64,000 bases of DNA from Candidatus Dormiibacterota bacterium (lineage in GTDB: Bacteria; Chloroflexota; Dormibacteria; Aeolococcales; Aeolococcaceae), in contig CAVUQX010000005.1 of assembly GCA_963743835.1 (NCBI GenBank), positions 78,246 through 142,245 on the forward strand, in the 5' to 3' direction. Both the position numbers and the translations under genes were made by a program. Within the stretch, counting starts at the first letter, position 1. The number at the start of each line of letters is the position of its first letter. Of this stretch, positions 31,850 to 41,974 are shown one piece after another. The notes under the pieces were generated by a model. That model ran no database searches. It saw only the letters and a list, made by a program, of their open reading frames with translations, and was not told the DNA's origin.

Positions 31850-32587
31850 GTGACAAACCCCGGTACCTACCTGGCGATCATCCTCTACACGCTGCCGGGT
31901 TTCGTGTTCGGATCGGTGATACACGAGCTCAGCCACGCGGCCATCGCACTGCGACTCGGCGACCCGACTCCTCGCCGCGACCGACGAATGACGCTCGACC
32001 CGCGCCGCAACCTCGATCCGTTCGGATGCCTCGCTCTGCTCATCGCCGGGGTGGGATGGGGGCGCCCGGTCCCGCTCGATCCCCTATATCTCCGCACCGG
32101 CAGGCAGCGAGCGCAGGTTGCCGCTGCGGGGCCACTCGCGCATCTCGTGGTTGCCGCGATCTTCGCCGTGGCGCTGCGCGTGGAGCTCCAGGGCTCCGGC
32201 ATCGACGCCACCGGGTTCGACATCCTCGCGCAGTTCACCCTGCAGGGCGTGATCCTCGGTGTGCTGCTGCAGGGATTTCTGGTCAACATCGCGCTTTTCG
32301 TCTTCAACGCGCTGCCGCTGCCCGGACTCGACGGCTACGCGGTGCTGCGGGCGCTCCTTTTCGGCGCGGCACCGCGCGTCTTCCTCTACCTCGAGCAATA
32401 TCGCTACGCGATCTATGCCCTCGCGGCCCTCGCGGTGCTGCTGCCACCGCCGCTGACGCACGGTGCCGTCGACGTGTCGTCCGCGATGTCGGCCGGCCCG
32501 GCAACGCTCGCCTTCGAGCATCTGCTCGAGCCCGGCATGCGTCCGAGCTTCATCGGGCTGCCGAACGTGTTTCACCTGCTGTCATGA
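31850..32587 (+). CDS. site-2 protease (peptidase M50)
   Basis: HELSH, GDPTP, AAGP, FNALPLPGLDG. Confidence 0.9.
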   Translation: MTNPGTYLAIILYTLPGFVFGSVIHELSHAAIALRLGDPTPRRDRRMTLDPRRNLDPFGCLALLIAGVGWGRPVPLDPLYLRTGRQRAQVAAAGPLAHLVVAAIFAVALRVELQGSGIDATGFDILAQFTLQGVILGVLLQGFLVNIALFVFNALPLPGLDGYAVLRALLFGAAPRVFLYLEQYRYAIYALAALAVLLPPPLTHGAVDVSSAMSAGPATLAFEHLLEPGMRPSFIGLPNVFHLLS

Positions 32588-32615
32588 GGCGTTTGGTCAT
32601 GAACTCCGTCGTGTC

Positions 32616-33125
32616 ATGAGTTCCGTATTCATCAACGGCGTGGAGTGGCCGGTCGAGGGCGCCCAGGTCGCGATCGTGGAGCGAGGGCGAGTGCTCCTCC
32701 AGCTCCGACCGTGGCCGCCGGGCTGGGAGCTTCCGGGCGGCCACGTCGAGCCGGACGAGGACCCGGCGGTCACCGGAGCACGCGAGACCGAGGAGGAAAC
32801 GGGTTACCGGGTGCGCATCGCCGGCGTCGTCGGTGTGTACTCGTGGCGAGGACTCCGCTCGGCCGGTGACGTCGTCTACCTCGGTGAGGTCATCGGCGGG
32901 GCGCCGCGACGCAGCATCGAGGCGTGGGCACTGCGCATGGCGCCTCCCGACGCGCTGCCGCGAACCGTCTTTCCGTGGGTTCGCGAACGGGCGCGTGACG
33001 CGGTCGACGTCGCGGGCGGCGGCGAGGCCGTGCATCGCGTGCAACCGGTGACCATCCGCCACGTGCTCGGGTTCGCGACCGCGTGGCTGCACGCGCCGTT
33101 CGACCGCTTGATGCGGCGCCGATGA
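32616..33125 (+). CDS. NUDIX hydrolase
   Basis: WELPGGHVEPDE....ARETEEETG Nudix box. Confidence 0.9.
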   Translation: MSSVFINGVEWPVEGAQVAIVERGRVLLQLRPWPPGWELPGGHVEPDEDPAVTGARETEEETGYRVRIAGVVGVYSWRGLRSAGDVVYLGEVIGGAPRRSIEAWALRMAPPDALPRTVFPWVRERARDAVDVAGGGEAVHRVQPVTIRHVLGFATAWLHAPFDRLMRRR

Positions 33126-34111
33126 CCACCGCACTGCTCTTCATCGCGAGCCTGCTCCTGGTCGTCATCGCTTCGGAGCTGTTCACCAATGCGATCGAAT
33201 GGGCCGGCTATCTCCTCAACCTCGGGACCGGGGCGACCGGCAGCCTGCTCGCCGCACTCGGCACGTCGCTGCCGGAAACCGTCGTCCCGGTCGTGGCGCT
33301 GGCGACGCACTCCCATGGAGCCGACAAGGTCGCCACCGGTGCGGTGCTGGGCTCGCCGTTCCTGCTGCTGACGCTCGGGGCCGGCGCCACCGGCATCGCG
33401 GTGGTGATTCGCGGTGGCACGCGGCGTCTCGTCATCGACCGGCGTCAGGCGCGGCGGGACCTGGGCGTCTTCATCGGCGCCTTCACCGTCGCGGTGGTCG
33501 CGAGCGTGCTGCCCAGCGGTCCGCGGATCGGCGTCGGTGCGCTGCTGCTCATTGCCTACGCCGTGTACGTGGTTGCGACGCTTCGTGGGAGCGCGGCCGC
33601 GGGTGAGCGCCCGGAGCCGTTGCATATCGTGCGCTGGCGGCCCGGCGAGCCACATCCGGTGCTCGTGACGATGCAGCTTCTCATCGCGATCGCGCTTCTG
33701 GTGGTGGGCTCGCAACTCTTCGTCACCGCACTTGATCAGACCGCGTCGGCGCTGCAGATTCCCCAGCTCCTGCTCGCGCTGGTCGTCGTGCCGGTTGCGA
33801 CCGAGCTGCCGGAGACGCTCAACAGCGTGCTGTGGGTTCGCACCAGCGACGACATGCTCGCCTTCGGCAACGTCGCGGGCTCTGCGGCGTTTCAGGCGTG
33901 CATCCTCACCGCGATCGGGATCGTCTTCACCACCTGGCAACCGGGTTCGGCGGGACTCATCAGCGCCACCCTCACGCTGCTCACCGCCGCCTTCCTCCTC
34001 GCGCTCCTCTGGCGCGGTCAGGCGCGAGGTGCGCTGCTCGCCCTTGCCGCAGTGCCATGGGTTGTGTACGTGGTGGCGCAGATTGCAACGGGTGGACGCC
34101 TCGGGCTCTGA
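33122..34111 (+). CDS. sodium:calcium antiporter (CaCA family)
   Basis: GTSLPE and ATELPE alpha repeats, GNVAG. Confidence 0.85.
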   Translation: MTTALLFIASLLLVVIASELFTNAIEWAGYLLNLGTGATGSLLAALGTSLPETVVPVVALATHSHGADKVATGAVLGSPFLLLTLGAGATGIAVVIRGGTRRLVIDRRQARRDLGVFIGAFTVAVVASVLPSGPRIGVGALLLIAYAVYVVATLRGSAAAGERPEPLHIVRWRPGEPHPVLVTMQLLIAIALLVVGSQLFVTALDQTASALQIPQLLLALVVVPVATELPETLNSVLWVRTSDDMLAFGNVAGSAAFQACILTAIGIVFTTWQPGSAGLISATLTLLTAAFLLALLWRGQARGALLALAAVPWVVYVVAQIATGGRLGL

Positions 34112-34129
34112 GAGCCGCACAATCGAACC

Positions 34130-35005
34130 GTGATCCAGGTGCACACGACCGGCGACGTCGAGGAATACGCCGCCGCGGCCGACACGTTTCTCAAGGCCGA
34201 CCCCTGCGCGCGCAATGTGCTGCTGACGATCATCGACATCGTGCGCGCTGCGCCGCGTACGTACAGCAGCGCGCCCAGCTTCTGGTGGGTCACCGACGGC
34301 GCGGCGGTGGTCGGCGCGGCGAACTGGACCCCGCCGCACAACCTGCTGGTGTCGGCGCTTCCTTCAGCCGCGGCACCGGCGCTGGCAGACGCGGCTGTGA
34401 AGCGCGCGATATCGCTCGGCCTGCGGCCGCCCGGCGTCTCCGGCCCGGTGGAATGGGCGCGCGCGGTGGCCGCGGCGTGGGCGGCCATCACCGGCGACGT
34501 CATCGAACGTGACCGGACGATTCTCCTCAATGAGCTGGGCGCACTCGTCGAGGTGCCGATACCACACGGCGAACGTCGGGCCGGCCGCGCCGAGGACGTT
34601 CCGTTGATCGGCGAATGGCTGCAGACCTTCAGTGTCGAGATCGAGCACCCCGTACCGGCCAACCCCCAAGCAATCGCCGACCACATGATTCGCAGCGGGC
34701 ATCTGGACGTCTGGATCGACGACGGTCAGATCGTCTCCATGGTCGGGTTTCGACATGCCGGCGGGTTCGCGCGCATCGGTCCCGTCTACACGCCCCCCGA
34801 GCATCGGAACCGCGGGTATGCGCGACGCCTCACCTACGAGGTGACTGTCGGCGCACTGCAGCAGCCGGGCGTCGACCACGCCATGCTCTTCACTGATGCG
34901 GCCAATCCTGTCTCCAACTCGATCTACCGCCAGGCCGGATACGAGCCGCGGGGCGAACACGTCGAGATCGACTTCGCCAAGCGTACGGTCGAGCCCGGGC
35001 CCTAG
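34130..35005 (+). CDS. GNAT N-acetyltransferase
   Basis: RIGPVYTPPEHRNRGYA, LFTDAANPVSNSIY. Confidence 0.9.
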   Translation: MIQVHTTGDVEEYAAAADTFLKADPCARNVLLTIIDIVRAAPRTYSSAPSFWWVTDGAAVVGAANWTPPHNLLVSALPSAAAPALADAAVKRAISLGLRPPGVSGPVEWARAVAAAWAAITGDVIERDRTILLNELGALVEVPIPHGERRAGRAEDVPLIGEWLQTFSVEIEHPVPANPQAIADHMIRSGHLDVWIDDGQIVSMVGFRHAGGFARIGPVYTPPEHRNRGYARRLTYEVTVGALQQPGVDHAMLFTDAANPVSNSIYRQAGYEPRGEHVEIDFAKRTVEPGP

Positions 35006-35015
35006 AGTCCGCACC

Positions 35016-35922
35016 ATGAATCTCGAGGGCAAGGTCGCCATCGTCACCGGGAGCGGGCGGGGTATCGGCCGCTCGTATGCGCTCGCACTCGCGCAGGCGG
35101 GATGCGCCGTGGTCGTGAACGACGTCGACGGCGACGTCGCCGAGTTCAACCGCCGACGAGATCGCCCGTGCAGGCGGCAGGGTCGTCGCGGAGGTGTGTG
35201 CCGTCGGATCGGCGGAGGCCGCGGACCAGCTCGTCTCCGGCGCGGTGAAGGCCTTCGGTCACCTCGATGTCATGTGCACCAACGCCGGCATCCTTCGCGA
35301 CCGTGTCCTCTGGAACATGAGCGACGACGACTTCGACCTCGTGATCGAGACCCACCTGCGCGGCACGTTCACCTGCGCGCGCGCCGCGGTTCGCCGGATG
35401 CGGGAGCAGGGAACTGGCGGTCGGATCGTTGTGGTCTCGTCCATCGCGGGGCAGCGCGGAAACTTCGGCCAGACCAACTACGCGGCAGCCAAGGCAGGGA
35501 TCGCCGCCTACGCGCGCACCTGGGCTATGGAATGCGCGAAGCACAACATCACCGTCAACGCCATCGTCCCCAATGCGATCACCCGGATGATCTCGACGAT
35601 TCCTGGGATGGCTTCGCTGGTGGCGGCCGCGGAGAAGGGCGAGCCACTTCCGGCAACGGTGCGCAAGCATATGGGCATGGGCACGCCCGACGACGTGGCG
35701 CCCCTGCTCGTGTTCCTGAGCTCGGATCAGGCGGCGGATGTCACCGGTCAATGCGTCGGTCTTGGCGGTGACAAGCTCTCACTCTGGGCACACCCGAAGG
35801 AGGTGTCCGTCGCCTACCGCGACGGCGGCTGGACGGCGGACGCGATCGCCGAGGTCTGGTCGACCTCGGTCGGCTCGCGGCTCGAGACATACGGCATCCC
35901 ATTCCTCGGTGGAACCACCTGA
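35016..35922 (+). CDS. SDR family oxidoreductase (indel at ~35145)
   Basis: TGSGRGIG, NAGILRD, GNFGQTNYAAAKAG. Confidence 0.9.
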
Positions 35923-35956
35923 GCTGAGCTGATATATCACCTGGCGGGTCAGGACT

Positions 35957-36712
35957 TTAGGGTGGCGGCTGCTCGGGCGGCGGTGGTTCTTCAGGCGGGG
36001 GTTGCTCCGGAGAGTCGGGAATCGCGACGGCGACACCCGCCGGGACCGGTTTAACGATCAGCGCCGCGACGTTGTAGACAACCGCGACCGCGAGGATCAC
36101 CAGCGCCATGATCAACCCGATCCCCGCGTTGATGTTGAAGAGCGAGGCGGGATCGAGGCCGGGAATGCTCGTGCCCTCGCTCGACGAGATCTTCGACAGC
36201 AGCGCATCGCGGACGTGGAAGTGATCGAGGATGAGGAGGCCTCCCGCACCCGCGGCAAAGATCGCGGTCACCAGGGATCTGCTCCTCGCCGCCACGAGGC
36301 CGAGTACTCCGAGCATTGACGTCAGCAGCGCGAGGAAGACGCTGATCAGCGCAAGAAAGGCGAGGAGCTGCGGCCCGATGTTCGCAGAGGAGGTGTCGGC
36401 ACCCGCGGCGTTGTTCTGGTTGCACGCCGCCGGCACGGGCCCGACCGCCGGGTTCTTCCCGAATGCGATCTGCCAGCCGCTGTAGGTGAGGATGTTGGCA
36501 CTACCGAGGGCGTTGACGCAGGCATTCACCTGGGCGGCTTGGGCGCCGGTCACTCCCTGGGTCGACTCGATCGACGAGATCGCCGCCCTCGTGGTCGTCG
36601 GGTTGCACGACACCCCGGCGAAGACCAGGAAGAACGAGAGGATGACCAGCAGGAGGAGCACGGGGCTGACGCGGCGGGCGCCGGGCTCACCGAACAGAGA
36701 GCGCGGGCTCAC
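35957..36712 (-). CDS. hypothetical membrane protein, Pro-rich tail
   Basis: 251 aa, about 4 TM segments, 3 Cys in the extracellular loop. Confidence 0.7.
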   Translation of the reverse strand: MSPRSLFGEPGARRVSPVLLLLVILSFFLVFAGVSCNPTTTRAAISSIESTQGVTGAQAAQVNACVNALGSANILTYSGWQIAFGKNPAVGPVPAACNQNNAAGADTSSANIGPQLLAFLALISVFLALLTSMLGVLGLVAARSRSLVTAIFAAGAGGLLILDHFHVRDALLSKISSSEGTSIPGLDPASLFNINAGIGLIMALVILAVAVVYNVAALIVKPVPAGVAVAIPDSPEQPPPEEPPPPEQPPP

Positions 36713-36733
36713 GCTGAAATGGAAGCAGTGATC

Positions 36734-37093
36734 TCAGCCGACCCGATCGCCAGGAGCGCAGGGATGATCGGGACGGAGCAGTACCACACCCTCTGATCCC
36801 TCCTGGTATACGCCGAGCACGAGCACCTCGCTCCGGACCGGACCGATCTGCCGCGAGGGTAGGTTGACGACGGCGACCACCGAGCTCCCAGTGAGCTGTT
36901 CGGGGGTGTACAGCTCCGTCAGACGCGCCGACGATTGCCGCGTGCCCAGCGGTCCGAAGTCGATGAGCATGCGGTAGGCGGGGCGCCGCGCCTCCGGGAA
37001 CGGCTCGCAGCGCACCACCGTGCCAACGCGGATGTCGACGCCGAAGAACTGCGCCGCATCGATCTCCGCCGACGCGGGGCTCGCTCCACTCAC
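36734..37093 (-). CDS. csaA: tRNA-binding / chaperone CsaA
   Basis: DIRVGTV..FPEARRPAY..DFG, VNLP.RQIG..SEVLVLG. Confidence 0.9.
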   Translation of the reverse strand: MSGASPASAEIDAAQFFGVDIRVGTVVRCEPFPEARRPAYRMLIDFGPLGTRQSSARLTELYTPEQLTGSSVVAVVNLPSRQIGPVRSEVLVLGVYQEGSEGVVLLRPDHPCAPGDRVG

Positions 37094-37167
37094 GCGTCGC
37101 AGTGTATCGGCACACCTATACTCGCCCGCGATACCTGGCTCCGTTCGGAGGGAATGTCATCGCGGGA

Positions 37168-37849
37168 TTGCGCCGCCTCGCCGTCGTCACAACCGCAGCG
37201 CTGCTGCTCGTCGCTTGCGGAGCACCGTCGCTCAACGCCGGCACGTTGCTGAAGACGACCAAGACCGTCCTCGACAGCACTCCCTCGTTCCATTTCGTGC
37301 TGACCAGCGCCAACGTGACCGGCTCCGGCGCCCAGCTCACCGGCGGCAACGGCGACATGAAGCGGCCGGACAGCATGTCCGGCGTGCTGCAGGTATCGAT
37401 CTTCGGCCTGGCGGTGAGCGTTCCGGTGGTCTCGGTGGGCGGCACGTTCGCCGTCAAGCTGCCGACCGGCTCCGGGTTCACCACAGCGAATCCGGCCGAC
37501 TACGGCTTTGCTGACCCCGCCAAGCTCATCGACCCGAACAACGGGCTGTCCTCGCTACTCCTCAAATGCCAGTCGCCACAGGTCGAGAGCGACGATCGAT
37601 ACAACGGCGAGGCATTGCACGAGATCGGCTGCTCACTCCCGGGAAGCGCGGTCGCCGCCCTGCTCACCAGCGCTGACCCCTCGAAGAGCGTCGCCGCAAC
37701 GTTCGGCATCGACACCGGCACGAACTCAGCTCCGCCGGGTCGTGCTCACCGGGCCGTTCATCAGCAAGACCACGGACACCACCTACACGCTCGTTCTTAC
37801 CAACTATGGCGAGAACGTGTCAGTGACGCCGCCACCCGCCCTCGGGTGA
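37168..37849 (+). CDS. LppX/LprAFG-family lipoprotein (indel at ~37723; start approximate)
   Basis: Lipobox LVACG, SFHF, DPAKLIDPNNGLSSLL, C-terminal YGENVSVTPP in the shifted frame. Confidence 0.75.
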
Positions 37850-39672
37850 ACGCGCGCCGCCGCTGGATCCTCGCCATTGCGGCGGCATCGGTGCTCGTCG
37901 CCGCGATGGACACGTACGTCATCGTGCTCGCGCTGCCCGCGATCATGTCCGACGTCGGCATTGGCGTCGATCAGCTCCAGGCGGCGACCCCGATCGTCAG
38001 CGGCTTCCTGCTCGGCTACGTGGTGGTCATGCCACTTCTCGGGCGGCTCTCCGACCTGTACGGCCGACGCCCGCTGCTCATCCTCTGCCTCGCGGTCTTC
38101 GCGGGAGGTTCGCTGGTCACCGCGTCGGCTACCGACCTCGGCTCGGTGGTCGCGGGCCGGGCGCTCCAGGGCCTTGGCGGCGGGGGGCTCGTCCCGGTCA
38201 CGCTGGCGCTGGTGGCGGATCTCTGGCCGGCGGAACGCCGCAGCGTGCCGCTTGGCGTCATCGGCGCGGTGCAGGAGTTGGGGAGCGTGCTCGGGCCGCT
38301 CTACGGCGGGCTCATCCTCACGGTCGCGTCCTGGCAGATGATCTTCTGGCTCAACATCCCGATCGCCGGCGTCCTCGCGCTTGGGCTGTTTGCGGCATCG
38401 GGGCGCGGTGATCGACCGAGCGCCTCCTCGGGGGCCCAGCGGCTTGCGGCCTCGCCGGATCAGCCGCGTCAGGCGCAGGGTGCATCCTCGCCGGTCGAGC
38501 GGCCGATAGACCGGGTCTCAATAGCGCTCGCCGGGATCGCACTCGTGGCCGGGTGCCTGTCGATCGCCGCTCCGGGGCTCCTTCGGGATAACAACACGAT
38601 CGGTCTGGCGTACACCGCACTCGGCGGTCTGGTCTGGCTGACGCCGATCGCGCTGGCCGCGGCGGCCGCCGCGCTGGCGCTCATCCTCTGGGAGGCGCGT
38701 GGCCATCGGTCAACTCGCGAACTGGTCGCGGTGCGCCGCCTGCCGGCCCTGGCCGCGGCGGTGGACTGGCCGGGAGCGGTCCTCCTCGGGATCGCGCTCT
38801 CGACGATCATCGTCAGCTTTTCCGCTGAGGATCCCTCCACCGGGGCCATCTCGCCGGCTGCCCTCTGGCTGCTGCCGCTCGGCGTCGTCGCCATGGCGTG
38901 CTTCGTGGTGAGGGAGCGGCGGGCGCGGCAGCCGCTCGTTGCGGCGTCCGAGCTGCGCTCGCCCGGCGCCTATGGCTCGCTGCTCACCAATCTCGCCGTC
39001 GGCGCGGCATTGATGGCTGCGCTGCTCGACATCCCGGTCCTCGCCCGATCGACCGTCGACCCCAACTCGCAGCTTGGAGCGGCCCTGGTATTGCTCCGGC
39101 TTCTGGTCGGCGTGCCCATCGGGGCGATGGCCGGGGGCTTGCTTTCCCAGCGCCTCGGCAATCGCCTGGTCGCCGCCGCCGGCATGGCGATCACCGCCGC
39201 CGCCTTCCTCGCGATGACCCGCTGGACGGCCACGACCCTCGGCGATCCGTTTGGACCGGGCTGGCTGCATCCGAGCGACCCGGTGCTGGTCGCCTGCGGG
39301 CTGGGCTTCGGCCTGGCCATCGCCCCGGTCAACGCCTCGATGCTCGCCTCGGTGCGCGAGCAGATGCACGGACTGGCGTCGGCGCTGGTGGTCGTGGCGC
39401 GCATGATCGGGATGCTCGTGGGCATCTCCATCCTCACCGCGGTGAGCCTGCACATCTTCTACACGACCGCGTCGTCGTTTCCCTCGCCGTCGGCGCTCTG
39501 CCCGACGTCGCCGCTGAACTGCCCCCCCTACGAACGAGATGTGACCGCCGCGATCGTGTCGGAGTTGCACATCGTGTTCCTCGGCGCCGGCCTCTGTGCC
39601 GCGCTCGCCGCGATCCTCGCGGCGGTGCTGCTTCGCGGCCGGCCTTCACGCCTGGCCGCCGCAATGCCGTGA
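37846..39672 (+). CDS. MFS transporter (P55/Rv1410c-like)
   Basis: AAMDTYVIV, ATPIVSGFLLGYV..MPLLGRLSD, GAVQELGSVLGPLYG, VVARMIGMLVG; GTGA-coupled to the lipoprotein. Confidence 0.85.
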   Translation: MNARRRWILAIAAASVLVAAMDTYVIVLALPAIMSDVGIGVDQLQAATPIVSGFLLGYVVVMPLLGRLSDLYGRRPLLILCLAVFAGGSLVTASATDLGSVVAGRALQGLGGGGLVPVTLALVADLWPAERRSVPLGVIGAVQELGSVLGPLYGGLILTVASWQMIFWLNIPIAGVLALGLFAASGRGDRPSASSGAQRLAASPDQPRQAQGASSPVERPIDRVSIALAGIALVAGCLSIAAPGLLRDNNTIGLAYTALGGLVWLTPIALAAAAAALALILWEARGHRSTRELVAVRRLPALAAAVDWPGAVLLGIALSTIIVSFSAEDPSTGAISPAALWLLPLGVVAMACFVVRERRARQPLVAASELRSPGAYGSLLTNLAVGAALMAALLDIPVLARSTVDPNSQLGAALVLLRLLVGVPIGAMAGGLLSQRLGNRLVAAAGMAITAAAFLAMTRWTATTLGDPFGPGWLHPSDPVLVACGLGFGLAIAPVNASMLASVREQMHGLASALVVVARMIGMLVGISILTAVSLHIFYTTASSFPSPSALCPTSPLNCPPYERDVTAAIVSELHIVFLGAGLCAALAAILAAVLLRGRPSRLAAAMP

Positions 39673-41066
39673 CCGCCCTCATTCGTGTGGTCACCCCGGA
39701 GCCCCCGGAGCTCGAGGATCTGCTCGAGGCCATCGCGACCGCGGCGCGCGGCCTCGGCGTCGAGACCTACCTGGTCGGCGGGTTCGTCAGGGACCGCCTG
39801 CTCGGGGGAGGGCAGGGCAAGGACATTGACCTGGTCACCGTTGGTGCGGATCCGATGCCGCTGCTGGCAGAGGTCGCCTCCACCTTCGGCTGGCACCATC
39901 CCGAGCGGTTCGAGCGGTTCGGGACGGCCCAGATCCGAGGGGGCACCTGGATCGTCGAGGGAGTTCGCGCCCGTGCGGAGCGCTACGACCCCGAGTTCCG
40001 CAAACCGGACGTCCGGCCCGGCACGCTCCTCGAGGACATCTCGCGCCGTGACTTCACCGTGAACGCGCTCTGCCAGAGCCTCGAAGGGGAGGTGATCGAC
40101 CTCACCGGGAAGGGCCTGACCGATCTTGTCGACGGCGTGCTCCGGACACCCGGCGATCCTGCCGAGACCTTCGCCGAGGATCCACTGCGCATGTTCCGGG
40201 CCGCCCGGTTCGTCGCCCGTCTCGGCTTTGCGCTCGCCCCGGGGACGGTCGAGGCGATGCGAGCCCAGGCGCCACGAACGTCGATCCTGTCCATCGAGCG
40301 GGTGAGCGACGAGATCCGCCGCCTGCTCGTCGCGCCGTATCCCAGCGCCGGCATCTCGGTGCTCCTGAACGGTGGGGTGCTCGAGATCGTCCTGCCCGAG
40401 CTCGTCGCCGGGATCGGGGTCGAGCAGGGCGGCTTCCACACTCACGACGTCTACGGGCACTCACTGCTGACCGTCGATGCCACGCTTCCCGACCTGGTGA
40501 CGCGCTCGGCCGCGTTGCTCCACGACATCGCCAAACCTCCGACTCACGCCCTCGCGGCGGACGGCCGCCACACTTTCTACGACCATCCGCAGATCGGCGC
40601 GGAGATGGCCCGGACCATCCTCACCCGCTGGCGATTCAGCAACGACGAGATCAGCGACGTGAGCCGGCTCGTCCGCCTGCACCTGCGCCCGATCCAGTAC
40701 GACCGCGAGACCTTCGGCGACGCCGCAGTGCGCAGGCTGATCAGGGATGCCGGGCCGCTGCGCGCGAAGATGCTCGATCTCGCGCGAGCGGACACCCGCG
40801 CGTCCGCATATCCCACGCTCGAGGAGTTGGATGAGCTCGACGACCGGATGGCACGGCTCGACGCCGGCGGCGTGGTCTCTGCGATGGCGGATCCGCTCAG
40901 CGGCGAGGAGCTCATGGCCATGGCGGGTCGCGGGCCGGGTCCGTGGGTCGGTCTCGCCAAGGCGGCGATCCGCGACGCGGTCATCGAGGGCGTGATCCCT
41001 CCCGGCGATGGCGCGGCTGCTCGCGCATGGGTCGAGGCGCACCCCGAGATCCTGCGAGACCAGTGA
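39669..41066 (+). CDS. cca: CCA tRNA nucleotidyltransferase with HD domain
   Basis: VGGFVRD..DID, RRDFTVNA, EDPLRMFRAARF, LLHDIAKP. Confidence 0.9.
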   Translation: MTALIRVVTPEPPELEDLLEAIATAARGLGVETYLVGGFVRDRLLGGGQGKDIDLVTVGADPMPLLAEVASTFGWHHPERFERFGTAQIRGGTWIVEGVRARAERYDPEFRKPDVRPGTLLEDISRRDFTVNALCQSLEGEVIDLTGKGLTDLVDGVLRTPGDPAETFAEDPLRMFRAARFVARLGFALAPGTVEAMRAQAPRTSILSIERVSDEIRRLLVAPYPSAGISVLLNGGVLEIVLPELVAGIGVEQGGFHTHDVYGHSLLTVDATLPDLVTRSAALLHDIAKPPTHALAADGRHTFYDHPQIGAEMARTILTRWRFSNDEISDVSRLVRLHLRPIQYDRETFGDAAVRRLIRDAGPLRAKMLDLARADTRASAYPTLEELDELDDRMARLDAGGVVSAMADPLSGEELMAMAGRGPGPWVGLAKAAIRDAVIEGVIPPGDGAAARAWVEAHPEILRDQ

Positions 41067-41147
41067 ACGCGCACCCGTGCGCAGCTTTGCACGAGACCTG
41101 TCCGCCGATCGGTGGCAACGGCAACAAAGTAGAATGCGCGGTTCGAG

Positions 41148-41531
41148 ATGTTGAGCAAGGTACGCAGCGCTAAACGCCTTTTCGTCGACCTGCCGCGCAC
41201 GCTGCGGCTGGCGTACTGCCTGATGTTCGACGCGCGTGTGCCCCGGTACATGAAGCTCGCGTTCGGCGGCGGCCTCGCGTTGATCGCATTGCCGGTGGTC
41301 GATCTGCCCGAGTCCCTGCCGGTTATCGGTGAGCTCGATGTGCTCGCCCTCAGCCTGCTTGCAACCCGCGCCTTCATCGCCGCCTCTCCGCGTCACGTCG
41401 TCGCGGAGCAGGAGATGTTGATCACCCAACGCCGCAGCCGCTTCGATGACGACGTTCGCAACGGCGAGCGGATCGCGCTGATGATCTACCGGCGCCTGCG
41501 TCCCGAAGAGCAGGAGGCGACCATCTCGTGA
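41148..41531 (+). CDS. YkvA/DUF1232-like protein
   Basis: D.RVP..K..PVVDLPESLPVIGELD. Confidence 0.65.
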   Translation: MLSKVRSAKRLFVDLPRTLRLAYCLMFDARVPRYMKLAFGGGLALIALPVVDLPESLPVIGELDVLALSLLATRAFIAASPRHVVAEQEMLITQRRSRFDDDVRNGERIALMIYRRLRPEEQEATIS

Positions 41532-41974
41532 AAGTTTTGTTTCTGAAAGAAGTGGCAGGAACAGCCAAGCCAGGCGACGTGCGCGAGGTGACGCCGGGAT
41601 ACGCACGGAACTTCCTGTTCCCCAAGCACCTGGCGGTGATCGCCGACCAGAACACGGTCGACCAGATTCGCCGCCGCGAGGAGGCAACCCGCCGGCGCGT
41701 CGAGAAAGCGCTCATCGACGCGAGGGAAACCGCACAGCGGCTGCGCAAGCTGACCGTCACGGTGTACGCCAAGGCCGGCGAGGCCGGTCGCCTCTTCGGC
41801 ACCGTGACCACGGCCGACGTCGCCAAGCAATTGAAGCGCGAGGCGGGGATCGACATCGACAAGCGGAAGATCGAGATCGATCCGCCGATCCGATCCCTCG
41901 GTCCCCACGAGGCCACCATCGAGCTCCACCCGGAGGTCACGGAGACACTCAAGGTCGTCGTCGCGGCCCAATGA
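41528..41974 (+). CDS. rplI: 50S ribosomal protein L9
   Basis: GYARNFLFPK, GRLFGTVT, IDKRKI. Confidence 0.97.
   Translation: MKVLFLKEVAGTAKPGDVREVTPGYARNFLFPKHLAVIADQNTVDQIRRREEATRRRVEKALIDARETAQRLRKLTVTVYAKAGEAGRLFGTVTTADVAKQLKREAGIDIDKRKIEIDPPIRSLGPHEATIELHPEVTETLKVVVAAQ

Noticed and set aside
37102-39672. 856-aa lipoprotein-MFS fusion in the ORF track
   Set aside because: Created by a +1 indel at GAACTC 37722. The shifted frame holds the lipoprotein C-terminus and a GTGA stop/start overlap at 37846-37849.
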